Position numbers and translations under genes: made by a program
Part shown: one piece after another, positions 26,244-35,361 of the stretch
Layout: each line of letters starts with the position of its first letter
Position numbering within the stretch: position 1 is the stretch's first letter
The notes under the pieces: generated by a model
The model's database searches: none
The model's input: the letters and a program-made list of their open reading frames with translations, nothing else
What the model was told of the DNA's origin: nothing
Assembly (NCBI GenBank): GCA_027492205.1
Contig: JAOZFN010000006.1
Location: forward strand, 71,369-135,368
DNA length: 64,000 nt
Direction of reading: 5' to 3'
DNA from: Thermoproteota archaeon
Lineage (GTDB): Archaea; Korarchaeota; Korarchaeia; Korarchaeales; Korarchaeaceae

Positions 26244-27665
26244 TCAAGTACCTCCCAGACCGACGCCCCTGAGCCTGACGCTGGGTCCGCCCGTCCACAC
26301 GGGAACCCCCTGACCCGGGTCCCCCTTGCCGCAAGTGGCCGCCTCGAACTCTAGGTCCTTGGCGACGGCGTCCACCGACATGTAGAACGCAGGGGTGGTG
26401 ACCTCCAGCACGGGGTTCAGAACGGGCTCGGCGAGCCGCCCGCCCCTTATCGCGTAGGCCTCCGAGCCGACGTACCTCTGGTTGTATCTGCGGTCGTCTA
26501 TGTTCCACTCCATGAACCTCTTCAGGTAGACCCCCTCGGAGACGCCCTCGATGAGTTCCTCCACGGACACGTCGCCGGGCGCTATGTACGTGTTTGCCAT
26601 CCTCACTATGGGCTCCCTGTCGAACCTGTTGGCCCTAGCGGCGGCGTTGCTGCTGACGCCCATCTCGGCCGCGGTCTCCCTGTTGTGGAGGAACTCGTTT
26701 ATCAGGCCCTCCCTCATCAGGGCCCTCGGCCTGGCCCTGACTCCCTCGTGGTCGTAGAGATAGAATCCGTAGCTGCCCGGTATAGTCGGGTCGTCTATCA
26801 CGGTCACCGCGGGGGATCCGATCCGCTGCCCCAGCATGTAGGGCTTCACGAAGGACTCCCCGGCCTGGGCGGCCTCTCTCCCCAGTATCCGATCGGCCTC
26901 GTACGGGTGGCCGGTGGACTCGTGCGCTATCAGGCCGGCGACCTGGGGCCCAACTATCACGTCCACCTTAACGCCCCTCGGGGCGGGGACACCCTTCTCC
27001 AGCCTCTCCTTCATGGAGTCCGACAGGTACGCGACCTTCTCGTCCAGGCGCCAGCCGTCGACGATCTCCCATCCGCCGCTCCCCCCCGGCTGGGTGAACT
27101 CCTGCGTGGCCCCGGCCCCGGAGATGTGGGTGAGCCTGACCATCAGGGTCACCCGTCTCACGTCCCCCTTGACCTCGGCCCCCTCGCTGTTCACGAAGTG
27201 GACCACCGACCTGGAGGATAGCAGCCATAGCACCCGGGCGGCTATCCCCCTCTCGGCGGCCGGGGAGTCCACCGACTTCATGTACTCCACTTTCTCGTCT
27301 ACCGGCACCTCCATGGGGTCTACCCTGTACGGTGAGGAGAACTCCGTCCTCCCAAAGCTCTCCCTCGAGAGAGCCACCTTCTTTCCGACCTTGGAGGCGG
27401 CTAGGGCGTTCTTGTACGCCTCTTCGATCATGGAACTCAGGGAGTCGGGTCTGTTCGTTGACGCAAAGCCAAGCCCGCCGTTTACGAGCATCCTGACCGA
27501 GATGCCCGAGGTCGAGTCCAGCGAAAAGGCCTCAACGACTCCGTTCCGCATGAACAGTCCATCGGACACGTCTAGCTGGGCCCTCACCTCGAAGTACGTC
27601 GCGTCATATCTTCTGGCCATCTCCTGAGCTCTATCAACCAGAGAGAGCAGGCTATCCAGCTCCAT
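26244..27665 (-). CDS. tldD: TldD family metalloprotease
   Basis: HESTGHPYEAD, DDPT, YDHEG, RMANT, CGKG. Confidence 0.88.
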   Translation of the reverse strand: MELDSLLSLVDRAQEMARRYDATYFEVRAQLDVSDGLFMRNGVVEAFSLDSTSGISVRMLVNGGLGFASTNRPDSLSSMIEEAYKNALAASKVGKKVALSRESFGRTEFSSPYRVDPMEVPVDEKVEYMKSVDSPAAERGIAARVLWLLSSRSVVHFVNSEGAEVKGDVRRVTLMVRLTHISGAGATQEFTQPGGSGGWEIVDGWRLDEKVAYLSDSMKERLEKGVPAPRGVKVDVIVGPQVAGLIAHESTGHPYEADRILGREAAQAGESFVKPYMLGQRIGSPAVTVIDDPTIPGSYGFYLYDHEGVRARPRALMREGLINEFLHNRETAAEMGVSSNAAARANRFDREPIVRMANTYIAPGDVSVEELIEGVSEGVYLKRFMEWNIDDRRYNQRYVGSEAYAIRGGRLAEPVLNPVLEVTTPAFYMSVDAVAKDLEFEAATCGKGDPGQGVPVWTGGPSVRLRGVGLGGT

Positions 27666-27718
27666 TGAGCCGTTTGACCCGGGAGTCCAATAATAAACTT
27701 CCGAGGGAGCGTTAGACC

Positions 27719-28459
27719 ATGCCCAAGCTGGGGAGGCTCCTTCACCTGAGGATGCAGCCCGATGAGGTTCCGGAGAGGGTCGTTCTGACGGGCGATCCCG
27801 GTAGGGTGGATAGGATCGCCGGGCTGCTCGACGAGCCCAGGGTCCTGGCCCACAACAGGGAGTTCCGGTCTGTGAAGGGGGAGTACGAGGGCGTGGAGAT
27901 TCTGATCTGCTCGACTGGAATTGGGGGGCCCTCGACCGCGATCGCTGTCAACGAACTCCTAGAGGCCGGCGCGGAACTCCTGATCCGGGTGGGGACGACC
28001 GGCGCCCTCCAGAGGGGGATCGAGATAGGGTCGCTCGTCGTGCCCCACGGCTCCCTCCGGATGGATGGGGCCTCGGAGTTCTACGCCCCCGCGGAGTACC
28101 CGGCGGTTCCCGACCCGAGGCTCGCGCTTGCGCTGTCGAGAGAGGCCAGGCTGAAAGGGCTCACGGTTTACGAGGGCGTAATCGCGACCCTGGACGCCTT
28201 CTACGTGGACGAAGAGTGGCTGATCGAGCAGGCCGGTGAGCTCAACCTACTCTCCGTGGAGATGGAGTGCAGCACGATATTCGTCCTCTCTCGTCTATTG
28301 GGCGCCAGATCGGCCGCCGTCCTGGTGGTCGATGGGAACATCGCCGAGGGGACGGGCAAGGCGGAGATCAGGCCGTCAGCCTCTGAGCTGCCTGAGGAGT
28401 CGCAGGACGCGCTGATGCGCGCGGCCGAGGTCGCGCTCAGAGTTCTCTCCTCGGAGTAG
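27719..28459 (+). CDS. Uridine/purine nucleoside phosphorylase (PNP_UDP_1)
   Basis: GDPGR, REF, STGIGGPS, RVGTTG, VEME. Confidence 0.88.
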   Translation: MPKLGRLLHLRMQPDEVPERVVLTGDPGRVDRIAGLLDEPRVLAHNREFRSVKGEYEGVEILICSTGIGGPSTAIAVNELLEAGAELLIRVGTTGALQRGIEIGSLVVPHGSLRMDGASEFYAPAEYPAVPDPRLALALSREARLKGLTVYEGVIATLDAFYVDEEWLIEQAGELNLLSVEMECSTIFVLSRLLGARSAAVLVVDGNIAEGTGKAEIRPSASELPEESQDALMRAAEVALRVLSSE

Positions 28460-28476
28460 CTCCCACGCCGACTCAA

Positions 28477-28487
28477 GATTTTTATCC
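28477..28487 (+). promoter_or_regulatory. Putative TATA box upstream of pspA-like gene
   Basis: TTTTTAT about 30 bp upstream of ATG 28517. Confidence 0.4.
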
Positions 28488-28516
28488 CGTGGCGGGGTGT
28501 GAGAATCAGATTGCCC

Positions 28517-29227
28517 ATGACTGGTTTCTGGGATCGCCTGGTTGCAAGCATAGAGGCGAAACTCAACAAGCTTCTGGACCGCTTTGAAGACCCGAGGGAG
28601 CAGCTGGACTACGCCTACGACAAGCTGGTCCAGCAGCTCCACGACGTAGACATGGCCCTCGCGAGGGCCATGACGGCCCGGAAGAAGCTTGAGTTCAACG
28701 CCGAGAGGATTCGCGAGAAGGTTGAGGACCTCGACGAGAAGGCCAGGAGGGCCCTCGAGCTGGGCAGGGAGGATCTGGCCAAGAAGGCCCTCGAGCGGAA
28801 GCACGTGCTGCAGGCCGAGCTGGAGTCCCTCGAGCGGAAGATAGAGGAGATGAAGGAGGACGAAGAGAAGCTGAAGCAGGTCAGGGAGACCCTCCAGACG
28901 AGGATAGAACTCTTCCGCGCCAAGAAGGAGAAGCTCAAGGCCGAGTACGAGGTGTCCAAGGCTCAGGTCGAGGTCAAGGAGAGCCTCTCCGGCCTGTCCG
29001 ACGACATGCTCTCGGCGGCGAGGGCCATCGAGAGGGCGGAGAGCAAGGTGGAGGACATGAGGGCCCGCGCGGCCGCGATAGACGAGCTCGTGGCCGCAGG
29101 GGGAGAGCTGGACATTCTGGAGCCCGAGGAGAGAGATGAGATAGAGAAGGAGCTCAAGACCCTTGAGATTCAGAAGGCCGTCGAGGACGACCTGGCGAAG
29201 CTGAAGCAGGAGCTCGGAAGGGCCTGA
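28517..29227 (+). CDS. pspA: PspA/IM30 (Vipp1/ESCRT-III superfamily) protein
   Basis: Amphipathic N-terminal helix 'GFWDRL', 'LLDRFEDP', 'ALELGREDLAKKALERK', long coiled coil, 'VEDDLAKLKQELG' end. Confidence 0.88.
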   Translation: MTGFWDRLVASIEAKLNKLLDRFEDPREQLDYAYDKLVQQLHDVDMALARAMTARKKLEFNAERIREKVEDLDEKARRALELGREDLAKKALERKHVLQAELESLERKIEEMKEDEEKLKQVRETLQTRIELFRAKKEKLKAEYEVSKAQVEVKESLSGLSDDMLSAARAIERAESKVEDMRARAAAIDELVAAGGELDILEPEERDEIEKELKTLEIQKAVEDDLAKLKQELGRA

Positions 29228-29237
29228 GGGGGATCCA

Positions 29238-29627
29238 ATGAGGGACGCCCCATCCCTCATCCTCATCGGGGCGGCCGCGCTCTTCGGCCTCCTGGGCATA
29301 GTTTTCGCGGTGGCCGCGGCCTACAATCCGGTGAGGGTGTTCCCCTCCCTCATCTTTCTGTTCCTGGCGGGGGCCTCGATCTACCTCCTGAGGATCAGGC
29401 AGAGGTCCGGCGTGGCGCTTGGGCGCATCGAGGCCGAGACCCTCAGGGTGGCCAAGGAGAAGGGAGGAAGACTTACGGCGGAGGAGCTCGCCCTAGAGCT
29501 CGGCATTCCGGTCGACGTGGCTGTGAGCATCCTCAGGTCTCTCGAGAGGAAGGGCGTCGCCTACCTGGACTTTGAGGAAATAGAGGACAGGGGAGTGGAG
29601 GTCTACCGCTTCCCGGCACTGGGCTAA
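29238..29627 (+). CDS. Two-TM membrane protein with C-terminal winged helix-turn-helix
   Basis: Two hydrophobic helices, then 'GGRLTAEELALELGIPVDVAVSILRSLERKG...GVEVYRFP'. 10 bp downstream of pspA. Confidence 0.7.
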   Translation: MRDAPSLILIGAAALFGLLGIVFAVAAAYNPVRVFPSLIFLFLAGASIYLLRIRQRSGVALGRIEAETLRVAKEKGGRLTAEELALELGIPVDVAVSILRSLERKGVAYLDFEEIEDRGVEVYRFPALG

Positions 29628-29637
29628 CCTCCTGGCG

Positions 29638-29964
29638 TCACAGGACCTTGCTGCCGGGCGGCACCGGCTTGTCTGGCCTGAGCAGGACGGGCCTGCCGTC
29701 CACATCCGCCGCCAGCAGCATCCCCTGAGACCACACCCCCCTGATCTTCCTGGGCTGCAGGTTGGCCACTACGACTATCTGGGTGCCGACCAGCTCCTCG
29801 GGGGGGTAGTACTCGGCTATTCCCGCCACGATCTGCCTCTTTTCGCCTCCCAGGTCTATCTCGAGGACAAGGAGCTTGTCGGCCCCCTCCACCTTCTTGG
29901 CGGAGAGAATCTGCGCCACCCTGAGGTCGAGCTTCGAGAAATCTTGGTAGGATACGAACTCCAT
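29638..29964 (-). CDS. tRNA-binding OB-fold protein (Trbp111/CsaA/MetRS C-domain-like)
   Basis: DFSKLDLRVA, ADKLL, RQIVAGI, NLQPRKIRG..SQGMLLA. Confidence 0.9.
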   Translation of the reverse strand: MEFVSYQDFSKLDLRVAQILSAKKVEGADKLLVLEIDLGGEKRQIVAGIAEYYPPEELVGTQIVVVANLQPRKIRGVWSQGMLLAADVDGRPVLLRPDKPVPPGSKVL

Positions 29965-30091
29965 GGTTGACCCCCTCCCCCCGAGGGGCCGCACTTAAAT
30001 AGTGAGGCGCCGCAGTAGAGCGTGAGAAGGCGGGGCCCGAGGACAGCGAGCCTCGGAGACCACCGCCGTGTTGAAGGGAGTGAGCTGAGAC

Positions 30092-31366
30092 ATGAGCAAG
30101 ATGTCAGTTTCCGTGCTCAGTGGGCACAATGAGGTTGGACGCTCGGCCGTTCTCGTCGAGGCGGGCGATACTAGGATCCTTCTGGACTACGGGATGAAGC
30201 TGATCCCCAAGAGCCAGCCGCTCTTCCCGCCTGAGGTGGAGAACGTCGACGCGGTGCTGCTCTCCCACGCCCACCTAGACCACTCGGGCGCCATACCTGC
30301 GCTGTTCAGGTCTGGGGGGAAGTGGCCGAAGGTCTACGCCTTGGACATCACCAGGGACTACAGCGACGTCCTGCTGGCGGACGCCATCAAGGTGGCGAAG
30401 GCCAGGGGGCACACGCTGCCCTACGGGATGAGGGAGGTCAGGCAGTCCCTGGCGAACTTCAGGCAGGTGGAGTTCGGCGTCCCCTTTAGGGTTGGGGACG
30501 TCGAGATCACGGCCTACAACGCTGGCCACATACCTGGGAGCGCCATGTTCTACCTCAGGTACGACGGGAAGTCCGTACTCTACACGGGAGACCTCAACAT
30601 GCGCGAGACGAGGCTTATGCCCCCCGCGGACACGTCCATACCGAAGGTCGACCTCCTGATCATGGAGTCCACGTACGCGTTCAAGGAGCACCCCCGAAGG
30701 GAGGGGCAGGAGATGCTCCTGAAGGAGGTCGTTGACGAGACCCTAAGGAGCGGCGGCGTGGCGGTCATAGCGGGCTTCGCCATAGGCAGGCTGCTGGAGA
30801 TCGCCATGGCGCTGAAGGCCAGGGGCTTCAGGGGCAGGATGTTCCTCGACGGGATGGCCAGGAGGGGCGCCGAGATAACCGACGCCTACCCGGACAGGGT
30901 CAGGGACCCGGACATCCTGAGGTACGTCGAGAGGTTCATCAAGCCCGTGGACGGCTGGAGACTCAGGAAGAAGCTCGTCAAGAGACCCAACGTGATACTG
31001 ACCACCTCCGGGATGCTGGAGGGTGGACCGGTGCACTTCTACCTCAAGGAGCTGAAGGACGACCCCAAGAGCTCCGTCACCCTCACCGGCTACCAGATTG
31101 AGGGTACGGAAGGTAGGAGGCTCATTGAGGAGGGCAGGATGACCGTAGACGGCGAGGAGGTCGAGATACAGATGAAGGTGAACCAGCTGAACTTCTCCGC
31201 TCACGCCAGCGACAGCGGGCTGAGGAGGTTCGTCAAGCAGCTCGAGCCGGAGGCCATAATGACGATCCACGGAGAGTACTCCGCAAGGTTCGCCAAGGAT
31301 ATCACCGAGGAGTTCGGGATATCCGCAATCTCCCCCTCAGAGGCGGGCGAGGAGATACTGGTCTGA
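30092..31366 (+). CDS. beta-CASP metallo-beta-lactamase ribonuclease (aCPSF2-like)
   Basis: EVGRS, SHAHLDHSG, AGHIPGS, YTGD, ESTY, GYQ, FSAH. Confidence 0.9.
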   Translation: MSKMSVSVLSGHNEVGRSAVLVEAGDTRILLDYGMKLIPKSQPLFPPEVENVDAVLLSHAHLDHSGAIPALFRSGGKWPKVYALDITRDYSDVLLADAIKVAKARGHTLPYGMREVRQSLANFRQVEFGVPFRVGDVEITAYNAGHIPGSAMFYLRYDGKSVLYTGDLNMRETRLMPPADTSIPKVDLLIMESTYAFKEHPRREGQEMLLKEVVDETLRSGGVAVIAGFAIGRLLEIAMALKARGFRGRMFLDGMARRGAEITDAYPDRVRDPDILRYVERFIKPVDGWRLRKKLVKRPNVILTTSGMLEGGPVHFYLKELKDDPKSSVTLTGYQIEGTEGRRLIEEGRMTVDGEEVEIQMKVNQLNFSAHASDSGLRRFVKQLEPEAIMTIHGEYSARFAKDITEEFGISAISPSEAGEEILV

Positions 31367-31377
31367 GCCGCAGAGGG

Positions 31378-32517
31378 TCAGCCGCTCCGCCCGCCCCCCT
31401 CTTCCCTCTCCTTCCCGCGCCTCGCAACGTAGGCGAGGGGGTACTCCGCTAGAACCATTCGGTCGTCGAGCGGGGCAACCTCGACGAGTTCTCCCTCGAG
31501 GCCGAGCGACACGAGTTCCTCAGCCAGGTCAATCAGGGCCTCAGGGGCCACCCTTATCTCGCCCCGCTTGATCAGGATTCGCTCCTTCGGAACCCCCCTC
31601 CCCCTCAGTAGATCCAGCGCTAGGGAGAGCGCCTCTTCGTTCCCCTTCAACACGCCGTATACGAGGGACCCGCGCTCTTCCAGAGACTCGTAGGGCTCGG
31701 CGACGTTCTTGGCGCGCCTTCGCCACCTCATCCACATCTGGTGGTCCTTCTGCTGGGCTGGGCAGAAGTACCCGTCGATGCCCGTCTCTCGCTCGATGAA
31801 CTCCAGAACCCTCATGGCAGCCTCCCTGCTGCCCATGGCGGCCACCTCGCTGTCTGGCCTCGGCCTCATACCCATAGCCAGCAGGGACCGCCTGTTTCCC
31901 TCGGTGAACTCTAGCTCGTTCAGGTTCATGAACTCGGCCCCGGCCGAATCGAGGAACACCGCGAGGTCCCTCAGACGATCCTCCCAGGGGGAGCCAGGGA
32001 TGGCGGGCATCTCGGCGCCGACCCTCAGGTCGAACTCCACCGCCAGCCTGATCTTCTGCCAGCCGACCTCGTCCCAGATGTGGAACCTTATCTCGTCCAG
32101 CCCGGCGTCGACCCACCTGGCTAGGACCTCCTCTGTGATCCCCCATCCGTTGGTGTAGAGGTGGGCGTGGAATCCCTCCCCGAACTCACCCTTCAGAACA
32201 CGCAGGTAGTGCTCCACCCTCTTCGGAACCACCGAAGGCTCTCCACCCGTTATCCCGACTCCCCGAGCCTCGATGAGTCGAGCCTCCCTGAGAACGTCTT
32301 CGTCGGACTTCACCTCGACCTCATCGGCGTAGATCACATCTCTGTTCCGTCTCCAAGGGGAGATCGTGCAGTACGGACACTCGTCATACTTGGGACAGGC
32401 CCCGGTGACGAAGAGGACCATCTTCGCCCCTCGCCAACATATCTCGCAGCCCCTGCTCCAACCCCTAACCCTGAGCGCGCCTAGGTCGAGTTCCTCCGTC
32501 CAAGACCCCTCCCTCAG
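31378..32517 (-). CDS. Radical SAM protein, COG2108-like; start uncertain
   Basis: GCEIC..GAKMVLFVTG.C-x5-C-x2-C, ITGGEP, HLYT, LDEIRFH, NLNELE. Confidence 0.8.
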   Translation of the reverse strand: MREGSWTEELDLGALRVRGWSRGCEICWRGAKMVLFVTGACPKYDECPYCTISPWRRNRDVIYADEVEVKSDEDVLREARLIEARGVGITGGEPSVVPKRVEHYLRVLKGEFGEGFHAHLYTNGWGITEEVLARWVDAGLDEIRFHIWDEVGWQKIRLAVEFDLRVGAEMPAIPGSPWEDRLRDLAVFLDSAGAEFMNLNELEFTEGNRRSLLAMGMRPRPDSEVAAMGSREAAMRVLEFIERETGIDGYFCPAQQKDHQMWMRWRRRAKNVAEPYESLEERGSLVYGVLKGNEEALSLALDLLRGRGVPKERILIKRGEIRVAPEALIDLAEELVSLGLEGELVEVAPLDDRMVLAEYPLAYVARRGKEREEGGGRSG

Positions 32518-32750
32518 AGCTTCTTTCTGACCACGACCCTCCAGAAGCCCCCCCGATCCTCCAGCCTCGTTATCTTGTTGCCAGTCCTCTCGGCCCACTT
32601 CTGGATGTCCTCCAGCGACCTCAGGTCGTCTACGAGGAACTCGGCGCTCGTCCCCGGCTTGATCTTCTTAACGACCTTCGCGACCTTGACCACCGGGAGG
32701 GGCGACTTCCTCCCCCTCAGGTCCACCCTTGGCGGGGATGCGCGGGACAT
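32514..32750 (-). CDS. TusA/SirA-like protein with Cys-to-Ser change in the CPxP motif
   Basis: VDLRGRKSPLP, 'LVDD..S..DI..W...G' TusA fold signature. Confidence 0.8.
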   Translation of the reverse strand: MSRASPPRVDLRGRKSPLPVVKVAKVVKKIKPGTSAEFLVDDLRSLEDIQKWAERTGNKITRLEDRGGFWRVVVRKKL

Positions 32751-32774
32751 CCTCGCGCCGGGCCCACCCCTTTG

Positions 32775-33317
32775 CTAATTTACTTGCCTAACCCTGCTCC
32801 CCAGCGCCCGCCTGATCCTGTCGGGGGTGGCGGCCCTCGAGGTCGGCTTGTACATGAGGTAGGCGTCCTCCCCGTCGGCGTAGTACATCGGGATGACCCC
32901 CAGGATCTCGTACCCTATCTTCCTGTAGAGGGAGATGGCTGGCGTGTTCGACACGCGCACCTCAAGGTACATCAGGTCGACCCCCCTCTCCTCCACCAGA
33001 TTCCTCTCCGCCTCCAGCATAAGCCCTCTCCCAATACCCCTCCTCCTGTGGGCCCTGTCCACCGCCACGGAGAGGACGTGACCCATCCTGAGCGTGATGT
33101 CGTCCGTGAATCTCGTCTCGACCCTGCACATGATGTACCCGACTATGGAGCCGTCGGCGGCCTCTGCTACAAGGAACCCCTCGGGGCACCGCCTGTGATT
33201 TTCGACGAAGAAGTATGAGGGGTAATTCTCCGGGAGGAAGACCCGATTTAACCTCATAACGCTGCTGAGATCTTCAGATGGATCGAAGCGGCGGATCCTG
33301 TATTCGCCCCCCTCCAA
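32775..33317 (-). CDS. N-terminal protein acetyltransferase (Ard1/RimI GNAT)
   Basis: LPENY, GYIMCR, GHVLSVAV..HRRRGIG, LEVRVSN, YYADGEDAY. TTG start after a GGTGAGG RBS. Confidence 0.9.
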   Translation of the reverse strand: MEGGEYRIRRFDPSEDLSSVMRLNRVFLPENYPSYFFVENHRRCPEGFLVAEAADGSIVGYIMCRVETRFTDDITLRMGHVLSVAVDRAHRRRGIGRGLMLEAERNLVEERGVDLMYLEVRVSNTPAISLYRKIGYEILGVIPMYYADGEDAYLMYKPTSRAATPDRIRRALGSRVRQVN

Positions 33318-33389
33318 CAGATCCCCCTCACCGGGGTCGCGTCGAGCCACATTTTTAACCCCCCGCGCCGGGGAGAAATCCGAAAGGCG

Positions 33390-34490
33390 ATGTTCGAGCC
33401 CCTCTTTGACGATCCAATTCGTGCGGTGTCCAAGCACTTCAACGTCCTGGAGGTCAGAGAGGTCTCTGGAGGATACGACTTTCTCGTTACTCCCCTGCCC
33501 GGGTCCGACCTGAAGCAGGAGTTCCGCCTCCTCGTTGAGGATCTGGACGAGCTTGACATGCTACCTAAGCTCCTTCGAACGGAGCAGGGGGCCTACCTGA
33601 TCCTCGTCAGGAGGGTCAGGAGACCCAGCCCCCTGGCCGCATGGAAGAGCCTTCTCTCGCTCGTCGTGAGCGCCGCCACGGTTTGGATCAGCGGTTGGAT
33701 GTTGTCCTCCAGCTTCAGGGACCTCGTGACCAGAGTCGATGTTCAGTTCGTCAGCGAACTCGGGAGATCGATGAAGCTGATAGATCCGATCTTCTTCGTG
33801 ATCCCCCTGTTCGCCATACTGGGCGTGCACGAGCTGGGGCATATGATGGCCACTAGGTGGTGGGGGGGCGACTGGGAACCCCCTATATTCATCCCCGGGC
33901 CCCCTCCGCTGGGCACGTTCGGCGCCGTCATCAGAAGCGCAAAGGTCCCGGTAAACAGGGACGAGGTGTTTGACATGGGCATCTCCGGTCCACTCTCCGG
34001 CTTCATTCCCGCCGTGGCCGTCACGGTCATAGGCCTGCTGACCTCCCCGGTCCTGCCCTCGGAGGTTGCCGCTCAGCTGGCCAAGGAGGAGGGGCTACAA
34101 TTCGTTCCCACGCCCCTGCTGTTCGGCCTGATCCAGAGGGGCCTCTCGGTTCCCGAGGGGACTGCGCTAATCATGTCCCCCATCGCGTTCGCCGGGTGGG
34201 CGGGCCTCATACTGACGTTCCTCAACCTGCTGCCGGCTGGCCAGCTAGACGGAGGTCACGTCATATACGCCATAATTCCCAGCGGTAGGGCGAGGGCGGC
34301 CCTGGGTATGCTGGCCGTACTCGTGGCCATGATTTACAGCCCCTTCATGGCCCTCCTGGTGGCGCTGTTTACGTTCACGAGGCACCCTCCCCCGCTCGAC
34401 GAGGTGAGCTCGCTCTCGACCTCGAGGAAGGTCGTGGGCTCCCTGGTGTACTTAGCGGTACTCCTCCTAACGGCCCCGCTTCCCCTCTAG
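33390..34490 (+). CDS. Site-2 protease (peptidase M50)
   Basis: HELGH, GTFGAVI, SGP, NLLPAGQLDGGH, multiple TM helices. Confidence 0.92.
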   Translation: MFEPLFDDPIRAVSKHFNVLEVREVSGGYDFLVTPLPGSDLKQEFRLLVEDLDELDMLPKLLRTEQGAYLILVRRVRRPSPLAAWKSLLSLVVSAATVWISGWMLSSSFRDLVTRVDVQFVSELGRSMKLIDPIFFVIPLFAILGVHELGHMMATRWWGGDWEPPIFIPGPPPLGTFGAVIRSAKVPVNRDEVFDMGISGPLSGFIPAVAVTVIGLLTSPVLPSEVAAQLAKEEGLQFVPTPLLFGLIQRGLSVPEGTALIMSPIAFAGWAGLILTFLNLLPAGQLDGGHVIYAIIPSGRARAALGMLAVLVAMIYSPFMALLVALFTFTRHPPPLDEVSSLSTSRKVVGSLVYLAVLLLTAPLPL

Positions 34491-34943
34491 CCGACCGGTC
34501 CAAACCTCGGGGGGGACTATCCCCTTCTTCAAACTCTCTTCCATCATGCAGACTCCCCAAACGACCTTCATACCGGCCCTCAGACACGTTCGAATAGCCT
34601 CCTCGTCCTCCGATCCTGGCTGGAACCATATTTTCTCGATCCCGAGTTCCGCAGCCTCTTTGGCGATCCTTCGACTGACCTCAGGGGGCACCACAACGTT
34701 GACCACGTCCGGCCTCTCCGGGAGCCTGTCTAGAGACGGGTAGGCTCTGTCTCCGTCGACGGTCTCGGCTTTCGGGTTCACGGGATAGACCCTCTTGTAG
34801 CCCGCATCTTTGAAGAACTTGTAGAGCTTGTACCCCCACTTCTCAGGGTTTCTAGACGCGCCGACTACTGCTACGACGTTGTTCACGTTCAGAAACTCGC
34901 CTAGCAGGCTATTCAGGTTTGACGGAACGGGAGGCAGATCCAT
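34467..34943 (-). CDS. CoA-binding protein (YccU-like)
   Basis: AVVGASRNPEKWG, YPVNP, IWFQPG, C-terminal CM. Confidence 0.88.
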   Translation of the reverse strand: MDLPPVPSNLNSLLGEFLNVNNVVAVVGASRNPEKWGYKLYKFFKDAGYKRVYPVNPKAETVDGDRAYPSLDRLPERPDVVNVVVPPEVSRRIAKEAAELGIEKIWFQPGSEDEEAIRTCLRAGMKVVWGVCMMEESLKKGIVPPEVWTGRLEGKRGR

Positions 34944-35036
34944 TTCTCTTCAAACCGGCCAAGAGGTGAGGGTTATATAAATCACGGTTGCTCCGCAAAC
35001 CTGATATAGGCGTGGTGAGCCCCCCACACGATCGGC

Positions 35037-35276
35037 ATGAGTTCGCAGGTCACCGAGAAGAAGGTCAGGGCTCCAGATGTCACACCTGAACTCCTAGAGG
35101 AGATAACGAAGTACGTCCAGCGGGCGAGGGTCGTTACCCCTCAGTCGCTCGCGCTGAAGTACGACATCAGGGTCAGCGTGGCGAAGAGGCTCCTTCGACG
35201 CTTTGAGAAGGAGGGCCTGGTTGTCTACGTGGATGGAAACTCCAAGCTGAGGATTTACCGCGGCGCCAAGGCCTGA
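35037..35276 (+). CDS. rps25e: 30S ribosomal protein S25e
   Basis: 'VVTPQSLALKYDIRVSVAKRLLR...G...IY' winged-helix signature. Confidence 0.85.
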   Translation: MSSQVTEKKVRAPDVTPELLEEITKYVQRARVVTPQSLALKYDIRVSVAKRLLRRFEKEGLVVYVDGNSKLRIYRGAKA

Positions 35277-35361
35277 GAGCCCTCGCCCCCACCCGGGGCG
35301 AGTGTTTTATTATGGAGGAGCCCCACATAATCACAGGCCCCGCTTTTTCGCTACCCGGGAG

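Noticed and set aside
32695-32712. Possible selenocysteine recoding in the TusA-like motif
   Set aside because: The codon is TCG (Ser), not TGA.
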